Shown here: positions 51,368-61,550 of the stretch, one piece after another
Numbering within the stretch: the first letter of the stretch is position 1
Layout: each line of letters opens with the position of its first letter
Assembly (NCBI GenBank): GCA_039815375.1
Contig: JBCBZJ010000006.1
Span: 32,001 to 96,000 of the forward strand
Length of the DNA: 64,000 bases
DNA from: Verrucomicrobiota bacterium
GTDB taxonomy: Bacteria; Verrucomicrobiota; Verrucomicrobiia; Opitutales; Coraliomargaritaceae
Reading direction: 5' to 3'
Made by a program: the position numbers and the translations under genes
The notes under the pieces: model-generated
The model's database searches: none
The model's input: the letters and a program-made list of their open reading frames with translations, nothing else
Told to the model about the DNA's origin: nothing

Positions 51368-51509
51368 CTTTTGCACAATTTGATTAAAGCTTTCAGATCA
51401 AATTTCGCAAGAGGATTTGTAAAACTAGCATGGAAATTGCTGTCGCCTTAGAATGGCATGCTTAAAGCAGCTGGTTGACACGCTGCAAATAAGGAATTTG
51501 CTTTGGTGA

Positions 51510-51827
51510 ATGATCAGTTTAACCGACAGTGCCGTAGGTCAGATTCAAGCTCTTCATGCGGAGAAAGCCAGCGATGGGCAATTGCTCCGTATTTTTGTGG
51601 AGGCGGGAGGATGCTCAGGATTCGAGTATGGTATGTCTTTTGATCACAAGAAAGACGAAGACGAAGTTCTGCAGAATAATGGTGTCGAATTTCTTGTAGA
51701 TGCGACTAGTTTTGAGTATCTTGATGGGAGTGAAGTCGATTTCGACGACGGCCTCAGTGGCAAGGGCTTCGAAGTGCGGAATCCAAATGCCAGTAGCACC
51801 TGCGGTTGCGGCCGTTCTTTCAACTAG
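51510..51827 (+). CDS. Fe-S assembly A-type carrier (HesB/IscA/ErpA)
   Basis: GGCSG, NPNA..TCGCG.SF. Confidence 0.95.
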   Translation: MISLTDSAVGQIQALHAEKASDGQLLRIFVEAGGCSGFEYGMSFDHKKDEDEVLQNNGVEFLVDATSFEYLDGSEVDFDDGLSGKGFEVRNPNASSTCGCGRSFN

Positions 51828-51880
51828 CACTCTTTTTTATCTGGAATATTAAATCTAACGAGATTCTCACTGCTTTTTCT

Positions 51881-52303
51881 ATGCGCCCTCTTATTGTTTT
51901 TTCGCTGATTGCGTTGTTGGTTGTCCAGCAAGGCATGAACGGCCTTCCCGGATCGTGTGCAGCGAATGCGATGACATGCCTGCCACCGATTGAATCGTCG
52001 GAGGGGAGCTGTTCCGGTTGTCCATGTCACAGTGCAGGAGAGGCCGAAGAAGATAGGCTTCCGATGGCGGAGGCAGATACGAAAAATTTACCATGTTCAG
52101 GTTGCCAAATCGACACGCACGAAGATGCCGAAGTCTATTCCTCGGTGGTTTCGTGGCACTTGCCGATGGCATTTCTGGGGCATCGATCGGTCGAAATTTT
52201 ACCTGCGGCAGATAGGTTCATCTCATCCGCAAATACGAAAAATGAGACCCCGTTCCCGTCTAGGCAGGATCGAAGTAGGCAGTTTAGCGTCTGGTTATTG
52301 TGA
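51881..52303 (+). CDS. Cys-rich exported hypothetical protein
   Basis: Hydrophobic N-terminus, CSGCPCH, CSGC; first of three co-directional genes. Confidence 0.55.
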   Translation: MRPLIVFSLIALLVVQQGMNGLPGSCAANAMTCLPPIESSEGSCSGCPCHSAGEAEEDRLPMAEADTKNLPCSGCQIDTHEDAEVYSSVVSWHLPMAFLGHRSVEILPAADRFISSANTKNETPFPSRQDRSRQFSVWLL

Positions 52304-52416
52304 CTGGGTTGCGGGTGACTCCGCAAAGTCCAGAGCACGGCTGTTTTTAGCCGGCCATGCTGAGTATCTGGACGCCTTCACAGAAAAAAGCCGGCTATAA
52401 ATGCTATCTGCTAGAC

Positions 52417-52836
52417 ATGAATTTTAAACGAATTTTATTTATTATAACTGCAAGTGCGACCGCTGCGTTGCTCAATGCTCAAAATATCCAAAATCAATCC
52501 AACAATGAGTCTCGCTTAGTTGCTGCAAGCGAGATTTTGAAGCCCGGTGCGAATGAAATCGCCATTTTCACCAGAGGTGCGATTTGTGGCTCTTGTGGTG
52601 TTGGTATCCGTATCCAACTTTCCAAGTTGGATGGTGTGGATAAGAAAAAATACAAGAAGGGCATTCTGCTTGATGCTGAGAACCAACTAACAGTTCTCGC
52701 TTTTGAGGAGGGTGTTGAGCCAGATCTCAACAAGATCTTCCAAGCCATCTATGATGCGGGCTATGATCCGATGAACTACTATCAACATACCGGTCAAACC
52801 GTTGAGTTGATTGACTACACATTCACGGAGAAGTAA
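52417..52836 (+). CDS. Periplasmic heavy-metal-associated (HMA-like) protein
   Basis: Signal peptide, GAICGSC, L.KLDGV, AI.DAGY. Confidence 0.75.
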   Translation: MNFKRILFIITASATAALLNAQNIQNQSNNESRLVAASEILKPGANEIAIFTRGAICGSCGVGIRIQLSKLDGVDKKKYKKGILLDAENQLTVLAFEEGVEPDLNKIFQAIYDAGYDPMNYYQHTGQTVELIDYTFTEK

Positions 52837-52839
52837 GTC

Positions 52840-53661
52840 ATGTTCAGGAATTTTCCTTCTCTTGCCGTGGGCCTGGTGCTCACGGCAAATTCTGCTGTTT
52901 TTGCAGACCAACCAATTATGAATATGATGCCGCGTTGGGACGGTGGTTATGGCTTCCAAATACGGACGGACCATATTCATCGAAGTGACTTGAAGCTGGG
53001 CAGCGATGTGGTCGGTTCAGGTTTCACTGAAGATATTACTCAACTTCATTTTGAGGCAGTTTATACGTGGGATCGTTCGATTCGAATTACAGCGAAACTG
53101 CCTTATGTGGTCGATGCGCGGCGCGAAGTGCTTGGGCCAGGTAACTCTAAAGTCGTTCAACGGGACGAAGGTATTGGCGATCTCACACTTGCCTTGCCAT
53201 TGAAGAAATACTTCAACCTCGATGGGCGAAGCGGGAACTGGTCCGCCACACCTCAATTGCGGATCCCCCTTGGCGAGGAGGATGACGAATTTGAAGTCTG
53301 GGACGGAGTTTGGGGTGCAGGGCTTTCGCTGAGCTATGAGACAGAAACGGTCGATTGGTTTTTGTCGATGGGTGCCAGCTATTGGATCTTTGAAGATACC
53401 GAGCCGGTAGAATGGAGCGTCTCGATTGATTTAGGCAGAAACCACATGGACCGCATGCAGTTTCTGGTTGAAACCGATATGAATTGGGATGAAGAGGGGA
53501 AGTTCTTCTTCTCGACCGGGCCCGCGTATTACTACCGTTTCAATGACAATACCCATTTCCGTGCCGAGTGGAAACACGACCTGGTCTCTGAGGTTAGCGA
53601 TAAAAACCCGGACCATGGCAATGGCGACCGCTTTGGCCTGGGGGTCGGCTTTGTTTTCTAA
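52840..53661 (+). CDS. Putative outer-membrane beta-barrel transporter
   Basis: Signal peptide, GIGD.TL motif, amphipathic strands, terminal Phe. Confidence 0.7.
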   Translation: MFRNFPSLAVGLVLTANSAVFADQPIMNMMPRWDGGYGFQIRTDHIHRSDLKLGSDVVGSGFTEDITQLHFEAVYTWDRSIRITAKLPYVVDARREVLGPGNSKVVQRDEGIGDLTLALPLKKYFNLDGRSGNWSATPQLRIPLGEEDDEFEVWDGVWGAGLSLSYETETVDWFLSMGASYWIFEDTEPVEWSVSIDLGRNHMDRMQFLVETDMNWDEEGKFFFSTGPAYYYRFNDNTHFRAEWKHDLVSEVSDKNPDHGNGDRFGLGVGFVF

Positions 53662-54998
53662 ACTCGTTCCAATAAGAACGCGCCTGCACCGTCGTGGCCG
53701 GTTTCCCAAGGGCGACTGGTCACGGCACCTACTTTCTTGAACTCTACTCCCGCTTCAGATGATAGGAATTGCTCAACAACCTTCTCATTTTCCTGAGTTT
53801 CGATGCTGCAAGTGCTATAGACGAGGCGGGCTCCGGCCTTTACGAATTTCGATGCCTTCGTCAGGAGTTCGAGCTGCAATGCCGCACATTGTTTGATGTC
53901 CCTCTCGTTTAAGCGCCATTTGACATCAGTTCGCCGCTGAATGACTCCGGTGTTCGAGCAGGGGGCGTCGAGCATCACACAATCATAGCTGCCCGGAAGA
54001 TTGTTTTCTGTGAAGATGCTTTCTTCGAGCTCACGCACATCGTGTTCGAGCAGGCCGGGTTTTAGGCCCTTTTGTTCTAAGTTCTTCAGGTTTTCACGCA
54101 GGTGGTTGATGCGGTTGCCGGGTAGATCCACTGCAACGATCCGTCCTTTCCGCTTCATCAGATGGGCAAGATCATATGCTTTGCCTCCGGGTGCTGCACA
54201 GAGGTCGAGCACATTGTCGCCCGGGTTCGGGGCGAGTATCTCTGGTGCGAGCCGCGTCGATGGATCCTTAATGTAAGCTGTCCCTTGGTTCAGTAGTGGC
54301 TCGATTTCGGCCTTCCAATCGGCGGTTGGCAGGATCCTGTAGAAGTTCTTCCATTCCGTAGCCTGAAGTGATGTCGGGATGATGTCTGGTTCCTGATAGA
54401 GTTTGATGTATTTTTCAGGGATTCGTTGGTTCCAGTTAAGCAGGGCGGCCGTATTCTCGTGCCCGAATTCCATTGTCCATCGTTTAACCAGCCAATTTGG
54501 ATGGCTGTGGTAATCGGCAGGGTTGGATTCTACTGAAATCGCAGAGAGTGCATTTGGAAGCTTGCGAAGAACGGCGTTGAGAAAGCCCTGTTCAAATCGA
54601 TTCACCAGCCGCTTACTTCGTTCGACGGCATGGTGGACTATTTTGGGGTGTCGTTCCGGCGGTTCAGACAGGAACTCATAACTGGCGACTAGAAGTATGG
54701 CTTCGACCAAGGGCCGCGCAGGCTTACGAAGCATTGGGCTGAAGGCAGCTCTGGCGCGGTGGCCATGCCGCAGGGCCCCTAGAAAGAGGGATTGGCAGCC
54801 CGCGCGACGCTCACCTATAAAATCTTCCGGTAATTGGCCGAGGACTTGGTCCGCCTTTGCCCCAGCTGAAAGATAGGTCTCCATCAGTATGGCAGCAGCA
54901 TCCCAGCCCGTGATCTGCTTTTTCGATAAGCTAAACTTAATACTTCTCATCGTCTCTGAAACTGTCCATATTGGATTGTTTACGAAACAAACAAGCAA
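53658..54998 (-). CDS. RsmB/NOP family RNA m5C methyltransferase
   Basis: NusB-like N-terminus, DLCAAPGGK, DAPCS.TG, YSTCS. Start uncertain. Confidence 0.9.
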   Translation of the reverse strand: MLVCFVNNPIWTVSETMRSIKFSLSKKQITGWDAAAILMETYLSAGAKADQVLGQLPEDFIGERRAGCQSLFLGALRHGHRARAAFSPMLRKPARPLVEAILLVASYEFLSEPPERHPKIVHHAVERSKRLVNRFEQGFLNAVLRKLPNALSAISVESNPADYHSHPNWLVKRWTMEFGHENTAALLNWNQRIPEKYIKLYQEPDIIPTSLQATEWKNFYRILPTADWKAEIEPLLNQGTAYIKDPSTRLAPEILAPNPGDNVLDLCAAPGGKAYDLAHLMKRKGRIVAVDLPGNRINHLRENLKNLEQKGLKPGLLEHDVRELEESIFTENNLPGSYDCVMLDAPCSNTGVIQRRTDVKWRLNERDIKQCAALQLELLTKASKFVKAGARLVYSTCSIETQENEKVVEQFLSSEAGVEFKKVGAVTSRPWETGHDGAGAFLLERV

Positions 54999-55004
54999 TC
55001 AATT

Positions 55005-56864
55005 ATGAACTCAGCGGCTATAGACGCACTCATTGAAAAGAACCCCAAGCTCATTCCGCATCGCGCGAAGCTCGAAGTGATGGTGCCCGGAAACTACTGC
55101 CTGCACCGTGCATGGGGCTTTGGCAAAATTATCGACTACAAGGAAGCAGAAGATCGCCTGATCATCGACTTTGAAGAGGGCAAGGAAGGCCATGCCATGG
55201 CACCTGCATTCTGTGTGGATAAGCTCGATATCCTCAAGCCGGAGGACATCCTGGTTCGCTCCCGCACGGAGCCAGACATCATCAACGAAATGATCAAGAA
55301 GCAGCCAGCCGATTTGATCTGCGAAATCATCAGTGCGACTGACGATAAAGCGATGACTACTTCTGAGCTTGAGCGTGTGCTCGCTCGAGTGATCGGGCCA
55401 ATCAAATACAAGAAATGGTGGACTGCGACGAAGAAGCTTCTGGTCAAAGACCCTCGTATCGGTGTTCCAATTAAGAAGACCGACCCTTACATTTATCGTG
55501 ACGAGCCGGTTAAGCCCGAAGACGAAATCCTTGAACAATTTCACGGAACGAAGAATTCGAAGCAAAAGATCGAGCTTGGAGAAAAACTTTACGCGCTCTC
55601 CGAGAACATTTCTGTCATCCGTGAAGAGCTTCCGGAGATTCTGGCCGAGCTCACCGACGCGATCGCCAATGCAAAGAGCCTCAGTCAAGCCGATCGTCTT
55701 CACGGTGTTTGGGTGCGTAACAATCTCGCACGCGACCTCCATGAGGATGTCGAAGCACTCGAGCCGTCCTCTGCTTCGATTCTCGATGCGACCAATGACT
55801 ATTCCGAGCTCGCAGATGATCTTCCTGCGCAATACTACAAGCGCTATCTCGATCTTATCAGCCGCACTTATCCGGACAAGTGGAGGCAGATGGTTGAAGA
55901 TTTGCTTCGCAACTCAAGCGGCAAGTTTACCAGCGAGTGCATTAATTTCATGCTCGAAAATGAGATGCAGGAGCGCATCAGCTACTGCCTTGAGCGCTGG
56001 CTCAATGAGCAAACGATCAAGGGCCCGCTTCTTTTCTGGGTGGTAAAGAATCGTGCTTCGAAGAAGTATGCCTCCATCATTACTCCTTTGATTACACCGC
56101 GTCTGCTCTCAGCAATGTTCTACGCGATCGACTATGAAGCACTTCAAAATGCAAGCGCTCGTCGAATTCCACTGGCTGACCTACTGAGCGACGATGTTGA
56201 ATTGATTCCTGACCTATTGGTTGAGGCAAACGTAGAGACTGCACGCGATCTCGCACAAACGCTACTTCTTAACCAAGGCTTCGAGGACCTGACGAAAAAG
56301 TCACTTCTCGCGCGCTTCATTAAACAATTTCCTACTGTGCAAAGCTTGCTCGATGGCGAAGCGGCCGAAGCTGCCGAGGCAGAAGGACTCATCGTTTCGC
56401 AAGGAAGCTTCGATACGGCCAAAGCCGAATATGAGGAACTCATTTCCAAGAAAATCCCTGAAAATAAGGAAGCTATTGCGATTGCCCGTGAACACGGCGA
56501 CCTTAAGGAGAACTCGGAATACAAAATGGCTCGTCAAGACCAGGACATTCTTCTCTCCCGAAAGAACGAGCTTGAGGTGGACCTTTCCCGTGCCCGCGTG
56601 ACTGATTTTACCGATGTGACCAAAGAAAACGTTGGTATCGGCAGTGTCGTCGAGCTTAAGGAAGGTTCTTCCGGTAAAACTCGCTGCTACTCGATACTTG
56701 GTGCATGGGATAGTGATCCGGAAAACGATATTCTTTCCTACAAGACGCCGCTCGCTCAAGGATTACTTGGCAAAGAGAATGGTGCAACCGTTACGACCAG
56801 CATTGGTGGCAACGACGAAGAATGGACTATTCTCAGTATCGCTCGCTGGGTGGATAAAAAATAG
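55005..56864 (+). CDS. greA: GreA/GreB factor with long N-terminal extension
   Basis: C-terminal AREHGDLKENSEY, SYKTPL...LLGK. Confidence 0.88.
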   Translation: MNSAAIDALIEKNPKLIPHRAKLEVMVPGNYCLHRAWGFGKIIDYKEAEDRLIIDFEEGKEGHAMAPAFCVDKLDILKPEDILVRSRTEPDIINEMIKKQPADLICEIISATDDKAMTTSELERVLARVIGPIKYKKWWTATKKLLVKDPRIGVPIKKTDPYIYRDEPVKPEDEILEQFHGTKNSKQKIELGEKLYALSENISVIREELPEILAELTDAIANAKSLSQADRLHGVWVRNNLARDLHEDVEALEPSSASILDATNDYSELADDLPAQYYKRYLDLISRTYPDKWRQMVEDLLRNSSGKFTSECINFMLENEMQERISYCLERWLNEQTIKGPLLFWVVKNRASKKYASIITPLITPRLLSAMFYAIDYEALQNASARRIPLADLLSDDVELIPDLLVEANVETARDLAQTLLLNQGFEDLTKKSLLARFIKQFPTVQSLLDGEAAEAAEAEGLIVSQGSFDTAKAEYEELISKKIPENKEAIAIAREHGDLKENSEYKMARQDQDILLSRKNELEVDLSRARVTDFTDVTKENVGIGSVVELKEGSSGKTRCYSILGAWDSDPENDILSYKTPLAQGLLGKENGATVTTSIGGNDEEWTILSIARWVDKK

Positions 56865-56886
56865 TCCCCCTGCAGGAACCACTTGC

Positions 56887-56917
56887 AAAAGGCGCTCCGG
56901 TAAAGGAGCGCCTTTTT
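56887..56917. terminator. Bidirectional intrinsic terminator
   Basis: AAAA-GGCGCTCC-GGTAAA-GGAGCGCC-TTTTT between convergent genes. Confidence 0.85.
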
Positions 56918-56940
56918 GATGCAACCAGTGAACGAATGAC

Positions 56941-57228
56941 TTAATTCTCGTCGTCGTGAATGCCCAACTTCTGGCGAACCTCAGGAAACTCGCTAAGTTC
57001 GGCTAGGAATTCGTTCACATCAAAATCGGCTACCATGAAATCCTCGAATTCAAAAGTTGGCGTTTTGGTTTGGCCACTCAAGGCAACCATCGCGTCCATG
57101 TCTTTCGGGTTCGCGTTGACGTCTTTGACATCCAGCTCAACTCCATTCGAGTTGAAAAAAGAAAGTGCTTCGCGACACCAGGGACAGCCTGATTTGATAT
57201 ATAGAATGGGTAGACTTGCTTTGCTCAT
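56941..57228 (-). CDS. Glutaredoxin-like protein
   Basis: CPWC, SGQ.KTP. Confidence 0.88.
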   Translation of the reverse strand: MSKASLPILYIKSGCPWCREALSFFNSNGVELDVKDVNANPKDMDAMVALSGQTKTPTFEFEDFMVADFDVNEFLAELSEFPEVRQKLGIHDDEN

Positions 57229-57352
57229 AACTTATTTAAAATGGTATCACTGCAAATTTCTGTGACAACCAATTTTCGCCTTTGCTTAAACTTTATTCTG
57301 CAGGGACTTGCGATCTTTCTGCTTTATCTATATAAGGCTCACTTCCGTATTT

Positions 57353-60196
57353 ATGATAGCACCCGAAGCCCATTTGGCCCAGTCAATCGTTGTTAAGGGT
57401 GCTCGGGAGCATAACCTGAAAGACATTAGCCTTGAAATACCTCGTAATCGGCTGGTTGTGATTACGGGTATGAGTGGCTCGGGAAAATCCTCTCTGGCAT
57501 TCGATACGATCTACGCAGAAGGCTACCGGAAATACATCGATAGTCTTTCGACCAAAGCACGAATGGTGCTTGAGCAAATTCCTCGTCCGGATGTCGACTT
57601 CATTCAAGGTCTGTCACCTGTTATTGCCTTAGAGCAACGAACTGGAACTGGGTCGAATCCTCGTAGCACTGTTGCCACGGTAACGGAGATTGCTGATTTT
57701 GCGCGTGTCCTTTGGGCGGTCTGCGGCACGGCTTACTGCCCGAAAGATGGTGGCCTGATCGAGCGCCGCTCGATGGACGATTGCCTGGCACGGATTTTTG
57801 CCGAACCCGAGGGAAGTCGACTGATGATCCTTTCTCCCTGGATGACAGCAAAGCCTGCTATCCTTCGAGAAGAACTCCCACGTCTCCAGCAGCGCGGCTT
57901 TCAACGTGTTCGCCTGAATGGAGAGGTTCGTCGCTTGGATGAACGAGACTTAATCGATTCCAAGGCTAAGGAGATATCGGTTGAGATTGTGGTGGACCGA
58001 CTCGTCTTGCGTGCAGATCAGCGCAGTCGTTTGGCAGATTCTCTGGATCTGGCATTTAGTGAGGGTGATGACTGCGCAACAATTCTGATCGAAGATAGTG
58101 AGTCAGGTGAATGGCGTGAATTGCCTTTTAGCATCCGACTTTCCTGTGTGATTTGCGGTACGGTTTACGAGCCTATTACGCCCCGGCATTTCTCATGGAA
58201 TCACGCGGAGGGCGCTTGCCCGGAGTGCGGTGGTTTGGGAGAGACTTTGCAGTTTCAACCGGAACTGCTCGTCCCTGACATGACGAAGTCAGTCAAGAAT
58301 GGTGCAATCAAACCATGGCGTCTCGGCTCGAAGCAGATGGTCATCAAGCGTAACGCGATTCTAAAACAATTGTCCGAGCAAATGCCCTTTGACCCGACCT
58401 TGCCCTGGGAGGAAATAGAGCCGGATGTGCGCAACCAGATACTTTACGGAACAGAGGATAGGCTTTTCAGTTTTAAATTAAAGGGCGGTAATACTAAACC
58501 CGAGTCGATGACTTTCGACGGTGTGTTAGCCGATCTTGAGGAGATGCGCCGGACCACCAGCAGTGATGGACTACGTGCTCGTTTGATGGCATATCAAACC
58601 AGTAGCACCTGCGAATCCTGCGGTGGTAAACGATTAAATGCGGCGAGCCTTAATGTCTTGATCGAAGGCAAAGCAGTCACCGACTTCCTGAAAATGTCAC
58701 TCGAGGAGGCCGAAACATTTATCGCGGCTCTGAAAAAGAACGATGCTTATGCCACGGTCTCCGATGCAATCCATGGACTCGAGTCTCGCCTGCGTTTTCT
58801 CAATGAAGTCGGCCTTAGCTATCTCACTTTGAACCGAAGCTATGCCACCTTGAGTGGTGGTGAAGCGCAACGTGTTCGTTTGGCAACGCAGCTTGGCATG
58901 TCATTGGTTGGAGTTGTCTATCTACTTGATGAGCCGAGTATAGGTCTGCATCCGATCGATAATCGACGCCTAATTAAGACTCTCGAAAGTTTGCGGGATC
59001 GTGGAAATTCCGTTGTTGTGGTGGAGCATGATGCAGAAACGATGCGAGCTGCAGACCATCTGATCGAGCTTGGGCCGGGCGCAGGTTCAGAAGGCGGTGA
59101 GTTAATCTTTGAGGGAATACCTGATGCCTCATTCGATTCGAAAACTAGCCGTTCGGGTCACTTTTTAAGTGGTGCGCTACAGGTTGATAAGAATGCTGAT
59201 ACACTCTCACCCAAAGGCGATTGGTTGAGAGTGCTGGGAGCAAGGGAGCACAATCTGAAGAATCTTGATGTGTCTTTTCCGGTCGGTCTGCTTACTGTAG
59301 TTTGTGGGATGTCCGGATCCGGGAAGAGCACCTTGGTGAACGATATTTTGGCCCGTGCGGCAGCCTTTCGCCTTAATCGTGCGAAGAGTATCCCAGGTAA
59401 ACACAAGAAAATCGAGGGCTTGGAGAATTTCAGCTCGGTCGTCCAAGTCGATCAGGAGCCGATTGGCCGCAGCCCTCGGTCCAATCCGGCGACTTTTACC
59501 AAGCTCTTTGATCAGCTTCGGGATCTCTTTGCCAAGGCATCACTTGCCAAGATACGAGGTTATAAGTCCAGCCGGTTCAGTTTCAATGTTTCTGGTGGGC
59601 GCTGTGAGCGGTGCAAAGGGGATGGTGTGATCAAACTGGACATGCAGTTCATGGCGGATGTCTACACTGTGTGTCCCAGCTGTCAGGGTAAGCGCTATAA
59701 CCGGGAGACGCTCGATATTCGTTTCAAAGGTTACAATATTGCAGATGTCCTTGATATGAGTGTGGATGAAGCACTTCAGGTATTCAGTAAACAGCCACGT
59801 ATTGCGGAGAAGCTTTATACGCTAGCCAATGTGGGCCTAGGATACATCAAGCTGGGCCAACCTGCGACAACACTTTCCGGTGGCGAGGCCCAGCGCATTA
59901 AGCTCTCACTTGAGCTGAGCAAACGCCAGCAAGGTGAGACGCTCTATATTCTGGACGAGCCCACTACAGGGCTGCACTGGATCGATATCCAGCGTCTAAT
60001 GGACTTGCTTTTCAAGCTACGCGATGCAGGAAACACCATCTTGATTATCGAGCATGACATCGATGTGATTCGCATGGCGGACTGGATCGTTGAGCTTGGT
60101 CCTGAGGGCGGGACAGGAGGGGGAGAGCTTCTTTACGCAGGTGATGGGCGCGAATTTCAGCTTGGAGACCAAACGCCGACCCAGTCAGTCTTCTAG
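57353..60196 (+). CDS. uvrA: Excinuclease ABC subunit A
   Basis: GAREHNLK, two GxSGSGKS, two LSGGEAQR, Zn fingers. Confidence 0.97.
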   Translation: MIAPEAHLAQSIVVKGAREHNLKDISLEIPRNRLVVITGMSGSGKSSLAFDTIYAEGYRKYIDSLSTKARMVLEQIPRPDVDFIQGLSPVIALEQRTGTGSNPRSTVATVTEIADFARVLWAVCGTAYCPKDGGLIERRSMDDCLARIFAEPEGSRLMILSPWMTAKPAILREELPRLQQRGFQRVRLNGEVRRLDERDLIDSKAKEISVEIVVDRLVLRADQRSRLADSLDLAFSEGDDCATILIEDSESGEWRELPFSIRLSCVICGTVYEPITPRHFSWNHAEGACPECGGLGETLQFQPELLVPDMTKSVKNGAIKPWRLGSKQMVIKRNAILKQLSEQMPFDPTLPWEEIEPDVRNQILYGTEDRLFSFKLKGGNTKPESMTFDGVLADLEEMRRTTSSDGLRARLMAYQTSSTCESCGGKRLNAASLNVLIEGKAVTDFLKMSLEEAETFIAALKKNDAYATVSDAIHGLESRLRFLNEVGLSYLTLNRSYATLSGGEAQRVRLATQLGMSLVGVVYLLDEPSIGLHPIDNRRLIKTLESLRDRGNSVVVVEHDAETMRAADHLIELGPGAGSEGGELIFEGIPDASFDSKTSRSGHFLSGALQVDKNADTLSPKGDWLRVLGAREHNLKNLDVSFPVGLLTVVCGMSGSGKSTLVNDILARAAAFRLNRAKSIPGKHKKIEGLENFSSVVQVDQEPIGRSPRSNPATFTKLFDQLRDLFAKASLAKIRGYKSSRFSFNVSGGRCERCKGDGVIKLDMQFMADVYTVCPSCQGKRYNRETLDIRFKGYNIADVLDMSVDEALQVFSKQPRIAEKLYTLANVGLGYIKLGQPATTLSGGEAQRIKLSLELSKRQQGETLYILDEPTTGLHWIDIQRLMDLLFKLRDAGNTILIIEHDIDVIRMADWIVELGPEGGTGGGELLYAGDGREFQLGDQTPTQSVF

Positions 60197-60215
60197 TGCA
60201 GCCTCGCTGCGGCTC

Positions 60216-60476
60216 CTAGCTCCCCGTTTGCTCTGCGAGAATCTTTTTGAGCTTTTCTTTCTGTTCTTCACCCATTGCAGGGCGTTCGCCGGTTAACTTC
60301 TCCTCTTTCTCTCTGAACTCGCGGACCATATCCTGAGATTCCATGAGCTGCGTGTTAAATTTGCCACAAAACGGGCACAATTTGACATGCATTTTCAAGA
60401 AAAACCGCCTGAGCGGTGGGAGATTCTTATAATCACCCTGAGCTAGGGCGCTGGAAACTTGCTTGCAGGTAAGCAT
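60216..60476 (-). CDS. zf-HC2 anti-sigma factor
   Basis: C...HVKLCPFC, downstream of the ECF sigma gene. Confidence 0.85.
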   Translation of the reverse strand: MLTCKQVSSALAQGDYKNLPPLRRFFLKMHVKLCPFCGKFNTQLMESQDMVREFREKEEKLTGERPAMGEEQKEKLKKILAEQTGS

Positions 60477-60487
60477 TTGATATTGAG

Positions 60488-61084
60488 TTACTTATTGTCT
60501 ATTTGGGTCCAGTTTTGTTCTAAAAGAGTCTTTAATTGAGCTCGAGCCCTGTGGAGGAGGACCCAGAGATAGTTCGGTGTAATATCCATAACCTTACAAA
60601 CATCTTCAGTGCTCTGGTCTTCGAGGACTCGAAGCACGAACGCTTGACGAGCCGGATCTTTGACTTGGTCTATACATTTTTGGAAAACTATCCAAAACTC
60701 GCCATTGTCAAAATGTTTGCGCGGATTAAATTCCCACGGGTCAGGGTTGGTCGTAGCAATTCCGCTATACTTGAACCAAAAGCTCTCCAGAATGGCTTCG
60801 TCCTCGGCCTCAATGTCGACCTTGTTCTCTTTGACTGATTTCCGGATTTGATCGACGATCTTGTTACGCATGATCCCGCGCAGCCAGAACTTGATGTCGC
60901 GACTGCCATCGAATCGGTCAAGCGCTTTGATCCCGGCAAGAAAGGTATCCTGAACGCAGTCTGAAGCTAGTTCCGGATCTCGAAGACGCGACATTGCAAA
61001 TCCGTAGAGGTAGTCGCCATATAGATCGACCCATTTATCTGGGGGGGTGATTGGGACTTTAGGTTCTGTGGGGTTGTTGGTCAT
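60488..61084 (-). CDS. ECF sigma-70 factor
   Basis: D.VQDTFL, WL.GI.RNKI.D, WVLLHRAR. Confidence 0.92.
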   Translation of the reverse strand: MTNNPTEPKVPITPPDKWVDLYGDYLYGFAMSRLRDPELASDCVQDTFLAGIKALDRFDGSRDIKFWLRGIMRNKIVDQIRKSVKENKVDIEAEDEAILESFWFKYSGIATTNPDPWEFNPRKHFDNGEFWIVFQKCIDQVKDPARQAFVLRVLEDQSTEDVCKVMDITPNYLWVLLHRARAQLKTLLEQNWTQIDNK

Positions 61085-61085
61085 T

Positions 61086-61550
61086 TCATTCTTTTAACAG
61101 ATACTGAATAGTGCTTCTTTGGGCATCAACAAGTGCGAAGGCTTCATTTTCTGCAGCTCGCATTTTTGAACGGTCTTCTTCATTTCGGTCGTCGTAGCCT
61201 ACTAGATGCATCCAACCATGGATAAGATAAAGCATAAGTTCACGGCTGAAAGGCTCACCAAGCTCGGTGGATCTAGTTTTCGCATGGTCTACGGAGACAA
61301 TGATTTCTCCTGCAGATTCCATCGCCTCATCTGCAGGGAATGTAATCACATCAGTAGGTTCAGGATCGTTCATGAAGTCTTCGTGGACCCGGGCAATCGT
61401 TGCATCATCGACAAACACGATGGAAAGTTCACCACTTCCGATGGGGAATCTATTGGAATGAATAAGTGTCTCGAAGAGTTCTATTGTTGCGCTTTCAGGT
61501 GACTCCAGAGCCTTATATTGGTTGCTGATTTCCAGACTGGGAGGGTTCAT
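61086..61550 (-). CDS. ybeY: rRNA maturation RNase YbeY
   Basis: PTDVITF, GEI, HGWMHLVGYD. Confidence 0.92.
   Translation of the reverse strand: MNPPSLEISNQYKALESPESATIELFETLIHSNRFPIGSGELSIVFVDDATIARVHEDFMNDPEPTDVITFPADEAMESAGEIIVSVDHAKTRSTELGEPFSRELMLYLIHGWMHLVGYDDRNEEDRSKMRAAENEAFALVDAQRSTIQYLLKE

Noticed and set aside
51426..51441. Sigma-54-like promoter TAGCATGGAAATTGCT before the Fe-S carrier gene
   Set aside because: Lacks the invariant GG at -24.
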